A DNA stretch of 64,000 bases from Vicugna vicugna. Its lineage: Eukaryota. The DNA lies in the NCBI GenBank assembly GCA_013265495.1, contig MU058463.1, forward strand, positions 4,486,244 through 4,550,243, given 5' to 3'. Position numbers and translations under genes: made by a program. Positions 52,035-64,000 of this stretch are shown here, piece by piece; position 1 is the first letter of the stretch, and every line of letters begins with the position of its first letter. The notes under the pieces were generated by a model. The model was not told the DNA's origin and made no database searches. It worked only from the letters and a program-made list of their open reading frames with translations.

Positions 52035-53009
52035 GCATGTTTCATTCTTTTGGATACTTAGTGTTTCGAGGAAAAAATTCTCATTATTTTAAAATGAATT
52101 AGAAAATCTCCTTCCTTTTTTTTTTTTTGTTTTAGTTGTTAAAAGAATATGGTAGTTGTGGATTTCACTGGTAAATTAAATTGTTTACCCTAGTTCTTTC
52201 TCCCTTCTTGTATCCCAGCTCTTTGTGCCATAGATTTTTGTAGTCCCTGCCACCATTGTGTGTGGGGGGTGCACCCCCCCTAGCCCTTGTCTTTGGTCTT
52301 GTCTGGCTGTCTTGCCCTTCAGCCTCATCTCATCACTCCTCACCTGCACCAGGTCCACACATGCCCCAGGCCTTTACATCACATCCCCTTAGCCTCAAAG
52401 GTTAATTTCCTCTCTTTTGAATTTGGGTGCATTCACCTCATCCTCCACTTTATCTTCTTTTTGACTGTTTAATACGTGCATGCCTCAGGGATAAAACAGA
52501 GATTTGGGCAGAATTTCTAAATAAAATTTGGGATTCCCCTTTTCTAGCTCTCACCTTTCCAGGATTCCTCCATTCACTTACTAGTGACGGTGATTATCCC
52601 AGACTCTTTCTTCAAATTCCTTAGGCCAGAAAGACTGTAGCTTTTCTATCAATTTAGATTGTCCTTCATCTAGACTAGGGCTCATGTTAATCTACATTTA
52701 AATCACTCCCAATCAGATTAATTGATCCTGAAACACTTTGAATGTGTTTCCTTTGCCACTGTAAAAAGAGGCACCTTTTTGCAGAGAGTAGCAGGAGGCA
52801 GGGACACAGGAGCTTGAAACTGCAGGCAATGGCTGTGGACCAGGTCAATCACCTCTTTTGTCAAGGTGAGACTTCCTTATTCAGAATGCAAAGTATCTGC
52901 CTCAGATGCCTTTACCACTGTTGTCTCTCCATGTTCTAAAGTTCTGTGACTTTCCTGGTGGGATCAGAGGTGGGAGAGAAGACCCCTTCTCTCCATTCCC
53001 TTTCTACGT

Positions 53010-53480
53010 GGCTGTACGGAGGTACAGTTGGCATACAACAAACGGCACAGATTTAAACTGAATCATTTCATGTGCTTTGATTTGTGTGCATCCCTGGAAA
53101 CCGTCGCCACACTTAAGACAGTGAACATATCCATCACTCCTCAAATTAATGTGTGTCCCTTTGTGATCCCCACTTTCCTTCCTTCAGCTCCTTCTCTCCA
53201 GCCAGGAAACCACTAATCTGCGTTTAGTCTCTATAAATTATTATGTAGTGGTAGCTCCTTGTGGTTTTGATTTGCATCACCCTAATGACTAATGATCCTG
53301 AGGGTCTTTCCATGGGCTTATTTGCCATTTATTTATCTTCTCTGGTGCAACGTCTTTCAAATGTTTTGACTGGTTTTTATTAGATTGTTAGCTTTTTTTT
53401 TTACTATTGGGTTTTCAGAGTTTTTAATATATTCTGGATACATATTCTTTACCAGATATATTAACAGTGACTTTTAAAGA
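53010..53480 (-). mobile_element. old L1M 3' fragments
   Basis: GTGAACATATCCATCACTCC...CCAGGAAACCACTAATCTG; TTTGATTTGCATCACCCTAATGACTAATGAT...ATATTCTGGATAC. Confidence 0.7.
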
Positions 53481-55502
53481 GCATAAGTTATGTGAAGCCT
53501 GAATTTCTGACCCACATAAATACAAGATACCATAAAATGGTGGTGGTTTTAAGTCACTGGGTTTTAGGGTAGTTTATTACATAGCAGTATATTATCAGAA
53601 CATCCACCACGGGATCTTTAAACTTTAATCACCAAGGAGTGAAGAAGGAGAGGAGCAGAAATGGAGTCAGGCGGCAGATACAAGGATTAAATCTATTTTT
53701 TGCCCCACCCGGTGGCTCTCTTTTCACTCCTCTGGGAAGCCATATCTCTTTTTGAACTCTATAGGTCCTGATAAAAAAGGAGAAAACTTAAGCTGCTTCT
53801 TTGCAGAAATGAGGCTACCTTCCTTTCTATGTCACTTATTTTGGAAAATAGGACTTTGGTAACAAAGAAGACAGATGCTTGAGGCACCCTTGAAGTTGGT
53901 TGGTCCCTGGCAAGGACCCATGGAGTGGTCCTCATGGTCTTCAGTAAACTTTTGAAGTAGCCACATCTCCCTCGGGTGTTCCTGGTGACCCACCTCTAGT
54001 AGGCTCCTCTTCCTTTTTCACCCGGGGGCCTTGTACTGTCTCTATCCTTTTATCTGTTAAAACTGATAAGAAAGAATCTGATATCAGTCATTTCTCTGTT
54101 TTGGGGGCCTTATGTTTGCTTTTATTCTACCTTGTAGCCTGTGAAAGTTTTTTTGTGTACACATTTACCCTCTCTGAAGAGTTCCATGGAACATCTTTCA
54201 TTCATTCATCTACTGATGTTTGATGATTCACTTCCACTACAGTATCCTCAAACCCTGCTCTGTGCCTAGTGCTGCGGACACGATGGGGCATGAGTTTTAG
54301 TGGCTGCTCTCAGGGAGCTTGTAGAGTGATGTCATCAGCCCTCTGGCCAGCAGTAGGTATGCGGTGGACCCAGGAGTTCTTCCTGAGATACCCTTTTATC
54401 CATCTGGACGATGAGTGGGTCCAACTGTAAAATATTTCCAGTGAACACACCCCACTTCCTGTAAGACAAGTCAGTCCAAGGGCTGCTGAGGCTCTTGCAG
54501 TTCAGGGGAAGACACCTCAGGTGACCTCTGTGGGAAATTACACCTTGTTCTTCCACAGAAGGAAGTGGGGGAGGGGTGTGAACTTTCTATGTGAGCAATA
54601 TTCTCAGACTACAGTTGATGGCTGGTTACTTTCCTCAGTAGACATGCCTCTGGTACCTCAAGATGATAGGTTTGGAAGTCCTGAAATATCTCCCTCCTTT
54701 TCCGAACGTGAAATTGAAGGGGAGTACTTTGATGGATTTCCTGCACTAAATGGCACCTGAACATTTGCAGACACAATGTCATCAGAGCATTGCTTGATGC
54801 TTATACGGCATGAGTTGTCAAGAAGTAGGGCAATTCAATGTGGGAGAAAATCAATTAAAAATATGAGTGGAAAAAGGTGTAGTGAACAAAGTTGTTAATA
54901 AAGCTCCTCTTGCTTCTAAATGCAGAATGAAACATCACAAAAGAAAATGGAGATATCTAAGCAGACCAGAAGTCCAAGTGGCTTCTGCTCTGAAGTATCA
55001 AAGCTACACATAATGGCAATGACCGTTCTCAAAACCCATACAGACTATCAGCAGTGGGCAGCCAGATTCTTCCTCTCTTAAGCTGAAATAGGCTTGTGTT
55101 ATTGCTTAACGTTTTTGTTTGCAGTTGTTTTGAAAAATAACTTTGGGCTCAATAAAGGAAATGCAGTGGCTGTAACAGTTAAAGTATTTGAAGAATCGGA
55201 AATGTTTTAGATTATGTAAGTCTGCAATTAAAATTACTTGGGGTCATTTTTTGTTATAATAGTGATACTCATTGTTATAAATCTGGAAAATACAGATAAG
55301 CAAAGATCGCATCTCAACTATTAATATTTTATCATGTAGCTTTTTGGTCTTTTTTCTTTATTTGCTTTTGTGCATTTGTCTTAATTATGAAAGGAATACA
55401 ATTAAATTCAAAGTATAAAATGTGACAGAAAGATGCAACCCAATAGGAGAAAGTGCTTCTTCACCCAGATAATCACTAACAAGAGTTCATTGTCAAGTTC
55501 CA

Positions 55503-55505
<3 letters not shown>

Positions 55506-55552
<47 letters not shown>

Positions 55553-55582
55553 TATATATATACACACACACACACATACATA
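55506..55582. repeat. compound (TA)n(CA)n microsatellite
   Basis: Long TA run, then CA, TA and CA runs. Confidence 0.95.
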
Positions 55583-57759
55583 CAGTAGGGCTGCTTTATG
55601 ACCTACTGTTTGTCTAATCATACAATTTTGTAAAATATTCTTCTCTACATCATCATTTTTTATGGGATGAACTTAGCAATTTAATTACTCAAACTGTTAT
55701 TAATATTTATGTTGCTTTAATGTTATGATCGTCCTGATTGGGTATTTGTATATATCCTTAGGATAAATTTCCAGAAGGAAAACGTTGGATCAAATCGGAT
55801 CAAATGTTTTTTTAACTTTTAAGGTGTCTCTTGAGATAAAAATAAAAATAGTCCTCCAGGAGAGTTTTACAAATTTCGATTTCTAACAGCAGAGTATGAG
55901 AAAGCATCTTCCTCTCATTGTCACCTATGTTGAGTATTATTTTTTCATCTTCTCTTATCTGATTCTAAGAATATCTTATTAATGTACCTTATATTTCTTT
56001 AATTGCTGGGAGGCCATGACTATGCAACTTTCCAGTATAGAGGAAACAGTAAAGTGAATGAATTTGAGTATAGTCCTCGGGGCTTATCTGGGGAACTTGG
56101 ATCAGAGTGACTTAAAGTGAGAAAGTTGCTGTTAAGCATTTTGTAAGATGAAGTAGGATGTGGGGCAATAACTAACTCAGAGATCCTGTGCCAACAGCTC
56201 AAGTCCATGTTTATTTCCCAAAAGAAATGACAGCAGGATGAGATACGCTGCGAGCAAAGACTGAAGCAGTGAAGCCCCTTGTGGGGCCACGCTGTTTCTT
56301 TTTCCTTTGGGAGAGTTTCTTGGCTTTGAGTTCTCTGGTGTCTCTACCTTTGACTTTGAAAAGCTGGACAACCTCTTCGAATGCTTTTCTTATTTCTGTA
56401 GGAGTTGGAACCAACCCGTTTTGGAGAGCTGGTCTACACACCTGAACTTCATTGTGCATAACTATCCTCTCGCTTCTGCCCCTTTCAGCCCCGGATGTCA
56501 CCTTAGACCCACTTGTGGAGCTTTCAGAACAGTTCACACTTCTCTCACCTCTCCATCCCCTTGGACCAAATAAGTTAGGATCTCTGGGCAGTGGGATCTG
56601 AACAGAGTGGTGTTTTATTAAAAGCTCCAGATATGACACGTGTGTGCATCCAGGCTAAAGAACTGCTAGACTAAGTTATTTCCACCCTTCAGTTATCACA
56701 GGAACCACTTCTCTTCATACCATCCTCCTCTGCATATACACGTCTTTGATTGAGAAGACTTACAACGATATGGTGAACACCATACGGTTTTACTGCATAG
56801 GTGCACATAAAACTAATTGTGATAAGTATCACAAGGATGCCTTCTCATTAAATCAACTATCTCTCCTGCAAGATACAGTTCAGTGTGTTATATGTGTTGA
56901 TATCAGCAAATAAATCATTCCCTTAGCTTCAAAGATGTGGGTCTAGAAGTTCAGCCAAGGGACCAGAAGTAGATATTGGTGTTCTGAAGCAGCCTATGAG
57001 CCAGAAGAAACTGTCCTAACTGAAGCTCTGTCCTGACCAGGCCAGGCAACCAGGCCGCAACCCCCAGTCTGTCTTCTTTACTTTCTGGCTGACCCTGCAG
57101 GTATAGGAATCACCAACCACACTGGCTGGTCCAATCCATGGCTCCCACTATGGTTTTGCCTCAATCTCTCTCTCTTTAGTTTAGCTGTGATGTGGGACTT
57201 TTTGCACTTTCCCTCAAGTGTCTCAGAACTGGTCCAAAATGTTTATCTTTACCCCCTGCTTCTGAAAAACCATAGGAAAGAAAAGATTCAAGCCAAACAA
57301 AGAAGTCTGCTCCCCTAGCAACATTCATCTCCTTTTCTGTGGTCTTCTCCAGTTCCCTCTTTGGAAAGCTTCCCCATTCCCTACAGCAGTGGGCAAGAGA
57401 CAAAAGTGTGTATCTGACATGCCAAGACTATGCTCAGTATTCACATAGTGCTGTGTCAGCAGAAAAGTTCTCCTCAGCACTTTTAAATCCATTAACTCTT
57501 TTCTATTTCAGTACTTGGGGCTTTACTCCCACTTGCTGCTGGGGGAAATGAAAATGCGGTGTAAAGAAAATGAAATCATGGTCAAAGACCTACTGGCGTA
57601 AAGACTTTAGCAAGTTACAGCTCTCTGAGCTTTAATGTTCTAATCTGTAAAGTCCTTAATAACACCTGCCCTGCTGGTCCTGCAGGCTTGTTGCAAATGG
57701 AATGACGTATGGGAAAATACGATTTGAAAACTGTCAAGTGATAAACACCTCTTTGTTGA

Positions 57760-58540
57760 TGTTTAACTTATAAACAATAAAATGCACAGAGTTCAATACA
57801 TTTTTGGCAACTACATACAACTGTGTAAAAATATCCAAAGCAAGATACAAAAGCTCACCATCACAGTAGAAAGATCCATCTTGCCCTTTTACGATTCATC
57901 CACATTGCATCTCTCACCACCACACAAAAAACGATCATTCTACAGCCATAGATTCATCTCCCCTGTCCTTTAACTTTAGATGAATGGGAGAATACAATAT
58001 GTGTTTGAGTGTGTGTGTTTGACCTTGCTCTCTAAAACAGTACCAGTGAGATCCACGTATGTTTTGCATATAATTCCTTTTTATTGCTGAGGAGTAATTC
58101 ACTGTGTGAATATACCAAATTTTGTTTTTCAATACTCCCATTCATGGATACTTGGGTTATTTCCAGTCTTAGCTATTATGAATAAAACTAGTGTGAACAT
58201 TCGTGTCCATATTATTTGATGGATATACACTTTCATTTCACTTGGGTATGTACTCAAAGCGAAATTGCTGGATTGTGGGGTAGGTACAACTTCACCTTTA
58301 TAAGAAACTATTAAAGTGCTTTCCAAAGTAGTTTTATAAGTACCCCAGATGCTCCATGTCCTTGCAAATCTTTTCGGTCTCTGTAATTTCAGCCACTCTA
58401 GTAGGTTTCAGTATGGTTTTAATTTTCATTTCCCTAATGGCTGATGGTGCTAATCATCTTTTCATGCACTTATTAGTTTATCTGTATATGCTCTTGGGTG
58501 AAGTGTCAAGTCTTTTATGTACTTAAAAATTAGATTGTTA
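57760..58540 (-). mobile_element. old L1M 3' end
   Basis: ORF 58129-58326 resembles the ORF2 tail (RMFTLVLFIIAKT); CCTTTTTATTGCTGAGGAGTAATTC...TTCCAGTCTTAGCTATTATGAATAAA. Confidence 0.78.
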
Positions 58541-58647
58541 CTAGATAGTTAAACTCGTTTTTTGTTTCCATTCTTAAATAGCTAAAAATCCCTCTAATTT
58601 TATCTGTTCACTTCCTTAGCAAATACAATTGAGAACAAATTTAAGAA

Positions 58648-58835
58648 CAGCATTCTCAATCTAAGAGCCAAAGTTTTTCCAAACTTCAATGTTAACACAA
58701 GTCACGTGGATATCCTGTTAAAATGTTCATTATGATTCAGTAGGACTGAATCAGTAGGACTGATTCAAGATTCTAAATTTCTATCAAGGTGCTGCAAGAT
58801 GTTAATACCACTGGCTCAGTTACCAACTTTGAGAA
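58648..58835. mobile_element. MER5-like hAT-Charlie MITE
   Basis: GTCACGTGGATATCCTGTTAAAATG..TGATTCAGTAGG...ACCAACTTTGAGAAGCA. Confidence 0.65.
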
Positions 58836-60161
58836 GCAAAGTAATCAATGCTTCTTTGATGATGGGGCCTGGCAATACTGGGAGGTCATTTTATGTAGAT
58901 ACACCTATATTTATTGTGAATTACTATTTTTGTGGAATCATAGCCTGAGAGTGCCAAGGGTGAAAGGGGTCTTCAGAAATGAGATTAAAAGTTATAGATT
59001 CTGGTGTACTGATGTGACTCATGGGCCTAATTCTTCAACCTCATGTTTTCACATATAGCTTTGTTGTGCCGTTTTGCTGTGCCAGCCACATGACTTGCTT
59101 TGTCCAGTGGGATGTTAGCAGTGGTGACAAAGCAGAGGCTTGAGGAGCACTGGTGCATTCAGGTTTGCCCTTGCTTGTTTCTCTGTGTTTAGACTCTTGA
59201 AGAAAGAGAAAGACACCTGGTGATGTACTTGGCCAGTGTTTCCTCAGCGCCTACCATTTATCAAACATGTACTCTGGATCAGGCAACATGTAGGTCACCT
59301 ACGCTTTCTCAGAACAGGTCTCACAATAACCCCATGCAGAGGTGGTACTACTGAGGACACTGGAACCTAGAGAGGTTCAACCACCCGGAAGCACTAAGCC
59401 CTGAAACTAGGATTTAAATCCTTTTTTTTTTCCTGACTCTAGATAAAGTTTTAGCAACCAGGGTTAGGCAGACTAAAGCAACCCCTGGAAAGGGAGACAA
59501 GGACTCTAGAATGTTTTGAGGCAGCAGTGGGAAACTGGAGCAGGGGTTTCTCTGGTCCCCTTATGTCTCCTTTATGCCTGCTCTTTCCTCCATCAAAAGA
59601 TCATCCATTACCTGTAGCCCCAAAAAATCTGTGTAACAAACTACCCTAAAAGTATTAAGGCAAAAAGTATTTATTTAGCTTAAAAGTTTACAAGTCAATA
59701 ATTTGGGTGGTGGTGGGCAGGGTATTTCTTCCCAAGTCCATCACATTCCTGCCCCAGCTAGCAGTAGGCAGACCCCCACACACATACGTGAGAAATTATG
59801 ATCTTTTTTATATTTATGCATTTTATATAATTATCATTTTATTTGTATTATATTTTTAAAAACAGAGCGATGACAGACATCAGTATTCAAGATAATGTGT
59901 AAAAAGCATTACTATACTAGGTGCTGTTTCAGGCAGAGCACACTGTTCAGATAGTTGGGTGGCTTTTACTGAGGGACCAAAATATTTTATTTTTATGGGT
60001 AATAATTTTATTCATAATATTGATTTCCTAAACTCACTATCTGAGTCTGGGCTGATAAATCTGTCTTTAAAGGATCTTAAATCTTCTCCTAAAAGTTAAT
60101 TTTACATGTAACATCCTGCTCTTGGCAGCTACGTCAACCCTACCAGGGCTGTTTTCTTCAG

Positions 60162-60248
60162 GTTGAACCACAACTTATTTCAACTGAAAAAAAAAAAATT
60201 AGCAGCAAGTCCACATTCAAAGAGCGGTTTGGAAGATTGCTTAACTTG
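60162..60248 (+). other. candidate 87-bp exon of an unidentified transcript
   Basis: Acceptor CTGTTTTCTTCAG| and donor TTG|GTAAGT; open in phase 0 (VEPQLISTEKKKISSKSTFKERFGRLLNL); protein not recognised. Confidence 0.3.
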
Positions 60249-63200
60249 GTAAGTAAGATGGACTTCCAGTGATTCTGGTCAGTAGCTGAATAAAGCTGAA
60301 TGATGAAAATGACACACACTCTAGGTTACTAAACTCGATTTTCTTGTGTGCCCTCTTTATCTTGTGATTCTTATTTATTTTTTTAAAATTATTTTTCAGG
60401 CTGTTGGACAATATACACTTCATGGTTTGGGAAAGACAATTACTGATCTGTGGTTCCCCTAAAACTAAAGAAAAGAATCTTGGAGGGAAAACATGTTACT
60501 TTATTAGAACTAGTAAAAGATGGAAAGTGCCTTTGTGGTTAAACTGAGGGAGCAGAGCTCTGTGACCTGAGTCTGATTCTGTTGCTATATATCAGGAATG
60601 CCTGGAACAATGATTGTTACGAGCCAAGAGCTGAAAAGCAGTTTGTCTGTCTAATGTTTCATTTATTATTTTCTCTCGGGAACAACTCATTCAGACAGTA
60701 GGATCCCGGAGAGATCAGAAACAGGAGTGGTTTATGTATGAATAACCCTGGATGACATGCACCTAGACATTTTGAGCTTAAAGTTGGGTACTTAAAACAG
60801 GTTTGCTCTTCAGCTGGTCACTTGAGGTATTATCTCAAGAATGGATAATAAGTCTTCTCTTGGGTTTTAGGTTTGGATAAACAGGGGGAAACAGATAATG
60901 AGCTTGGATTGTATATATTGCTCACAGCAGTACATAGAGAACAATGTTCTGAGAGGTCAGGCAACCATAATAAATAATGGATTGTAAAATGTAAATCTGG
61001 AGAGAGAAGTTTTCTCCTGGGCTTTAATCTTGAAGGGTTCCTAGAGCCTTTAAAAAGTATGTAACATTCTGTAGTCTTGAGCAAGAATGACAAATAGCCT
61101 CACTGTCAGTATACCAGGGACAGAAGCAGCATGAGAGAGAAATAGATGCAATTTCATAAGAAACAAGATGGAAACAAAACAAAATAAAACCAGTAGAAAC
61201 AGAAGCTGCAGAGTAGGATGCTCTCTTCTTGGCCCGAGCTATCGTTAAATCAGTTATTAATAATTAATTTTTGTAAAATAGATACTGGCCTTTCTTTTGG
61301 CAGATGCTAAACGTAAGGTGCTTTGCTGGAGAGATGGATATGGCATAGGCAATAGTTATAACTCAGGAAATTAAAGTGAAAAAAAGGCTTTCTCCACCAA
61401 ATTTTTCTTAACATTTTCTTTTGATTTTTTGAAAAATATTTGATTCTGAAATGGTAAGAGAGCATCCAAATATGAGAGGAATATTTCTTCTCTTCTTTTT
61501 CCCGGTTTCTATTTATGGAAACCAAGCTTCTAAGAGTCTGGCTGGGTTAATTATTATTATCATTATTGTAAGTTTTACTAACTACGGCTTGATGGCAGAT
61601 CTTTTGGCAAATATTAGAATCAGATCTCTCAAGAGTCAAGACATATGTAGCCCATATGACAGAAGGCATGAAGAGATAAATAATATAGTTCTGAAATCCT
61701 GCAATTAGCAGTGTCTTGGCATCCTTTTTCTACCTAAAGGGAGATCCTCTGCAGACAAGACTAATACAGAACATTTTTTCCTACCCCCAAAGGCAAGAAT
61801 TAAAAAAACAGAAACTTCGCACGTCACAGTATAACCGCCTACACATGACTCTGAACAAAGTATTTAGAAATAATGTTCCAGGCCAGGCAAATGGGAAGAG
61901 GAGTCATTCTCTAAATTGAAGTAAATGGCAGTGGCATTTTTCTGAGTCTGTTGGAGGAAACAATTTCCTTTAAGAGAGTTAATGAGGACCTTGCTCTCTG
62001 AAGTCTGAACTTTGAGCAATTCCAGAGAGACTTAGAATTTTCTCTATTTAGTTACAAGGGAAAAGAAAAATGGGTGCAGTTGATTCGGTGCAAAGCAGAC
62101 TGGGACAAGAGCAAGGAGGTAAATCAAAAAGATGTAAACATGAGGGAACATAGAACATTAAAAATATCCCTCCACCCCCATAAATTCTGCAGTGAGTCGG
62201 GCCAGGTAATGATGGAACACCACTTTGGACCACCTACCGCTCGTTGTACTGACTGGTACTTCTGTCAGTTGTGTACTCAGATGTCTACAGTCCTAAACTT
62301 CAGAATGTAAGTTCAGTCATTCTAGCTCAGTTCTTGGTGCCTTCATCTGGTCATGCATGAAACAACCTCGTGTATTGGTGTGGACCTATAGCTGAACCAG
62401 CTGGACCCCAACTGGCAAGATGGTAGCTTAGACTAAATAAACAGCATCCCTTCTACCATGTTACATCCTATGATTCCCTTCCTCTCTGGAAACCATATAC
62501 ATTATACACACATCTCGTGAGAGGTAACATTCTGACTTCAGAAATGGATGCTAATATTGTGTTTCTGACTGTAAGCTACTCAGCTTTGTAATACCACCAA
62601 AAGGATGAAAGTCACTTGCCTGTTTACAATGCTTTATAAGCTACCAGAGCTTTAATTTCTATTTTCTTACTTTTTTCTATACTCGTTGGGTAGATACAGA
62701 TTTTTAAAGATGAGAAATCAAGTTGAGGTAACTTAAATAACAAACCTGGGTCATGTTTCTAGTCAAAAGACCTATGATTAAGGTTTTCTTTTTTGAAAAA
62801 ATCTTAACAATCCTGCTGCCTCACCATTCTTTCCAGCATAAACTACCAGAGAACTGTTTCCAAGGCATAAATAAAGACTTTCTTAGGAAGGCTCTTTTTG
62901 TTGACCATTATCTGAACTTCTCTTTCTCACTGCCAAGTTTGTTCTAACCACAATCTTATTACATGTAATTTAGTCAATTTTTGTTTAATAAAAGTCCTCT
63001 TGTAGGAATATTATATACTTTCTATTGTTGAACTAAAAAAAAATAAGTAAGTATGCATTCTTTGAGAACAATGCAAGTGTATATTCTCTAATAAGAAATG
63101 ACACAACTCTCAGTTGCTGGCTTCCAATCTAAGAATGGTAAAACAGGCAGATTCACTTTATGAAAAAGGGTTTGCAAAGCCCTTAATAAAATGAATGGTG

Positions 63201-64000
63201 TTGTACAAACAGAGGCTTTGTAACTGCGAGGTGGGGAGGCTTGAATAAACTGAGCTTTCCTTCTGATAAAAATGAAAGAATTGACCCATTTGAACTTTCA
63301 TTCTTCACAAAGATTCATTAAACATAATCTATCAACTTACCAAGGTGATCTTGAACATGAATAAAAGTCTATGCTGTATCAAGGATAAAAGGCAGATATT
63401 TTAATTTGTTTTTTAAGAATATTTTTCATTTAGTGAATGTTATGGAGAGCAAAAGTTAAGATAAATACTGTGTTTTTTCCCCAAAGCTACAGTAAATAAT
63501 TCCAAATTCTCCCCATGCCTGTGATAAAATGGCTGTTGTAGTTTCTATAAAGGATCCTTAACCTGATTGTGAAATTATGGAACTTTTACAACTGTGGAGA
63601 AAAGGAAATGCCATGTTGTCCAATCTGGAATTTTATTGATTATTTTCCCTTCACTGTATTTATTTTCTGAGACCCTCAGTCCTAAAACTCAGCACTGATT
63701 CCATTCTTCTAGTCTGAGACTTGTAGTTTACTGCTTATATAATATATACTTTCTATTACTGGAAAATAATTTAAACGTATGATTTTTTTAAAGGAAATGC
63801 AAATTGATATGCTCCAGTAATACCTGTCTGTGTGCCTGAAGGTCGAACAGATGAAGTCCACATTTCTCAAGCTTCAGCTGACAGCATAATGTGTCATTCT
63901 TTTCAGGGTCCTACACCTCAAGTCAGCACAACCATTTGTTTTAGGGATGGAAGACAGGGAGACATTCTAGGTCATTTGTATGGGGTCAGTGGTGTTTTCA

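Noticed and set aside
56211..56639. 142-aa minus-strand ORF
   Set aside because: Begins in MER5-like repeat sequence; no recognisable domain or convincing splice signals
61304..61312. Possible 9-nt micro-exon (CTTTTGGCAG|ATGCTAAAC|GTAAGG)
   Set aside because: Too short and the donor too weak to distinguish from chance
1..64000. tRNA, rRNA, snRNA genes, NUMTs and CpG islands
   Set aside because: None recognisable by eye; a covariance-model or BLAST search would be needed to exclude degenerate copies

Overview
Eutherian mammal genomic DNA: AT-rich, CpG-depleted and dominated by interspersed repeats. It is probably a cetartiodactyl, possibly a camelid; this is inferred from the L1 3' end type (...GAAATTGACACAACATTGTAAACTGACTATACTT-AATAAA) and from the absence of recognisable Alu, B1, Bov-A, PRE1 or Can-SINE copies. 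I cannot recognise any host protein-coding exon, so the window looks intergenic or deep intronic. The main features are two 5'-truncated lineage-specific LINE-1 copies on the minus strand (5576-9124, frameshifted; 41264-43845, with an uninterrupted RT to zinc-knuckle ORF2 frame). Both have YADD instead of the usual mammalian FADD RT motif. The window also holds several short L1 3' stubs with target-site duplications (TSDs), old L1M, L2 and MIR fragments, solo LTRs (MLT2, MER34-like, MER67/MER90-like, MLT1), an ERV-L gag/pro/pol relic, hAT MITEs and microsatellites. I found no convincing new biological system. The best leads are the YADD L1 lineage with one young open copy, an ultra-truncated L1 insertion, a few orphan exon-like segments and a candidate CTCF site. 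Repeat family names are from memory of consensus sequences, and boundaries of old repeats are approximate.
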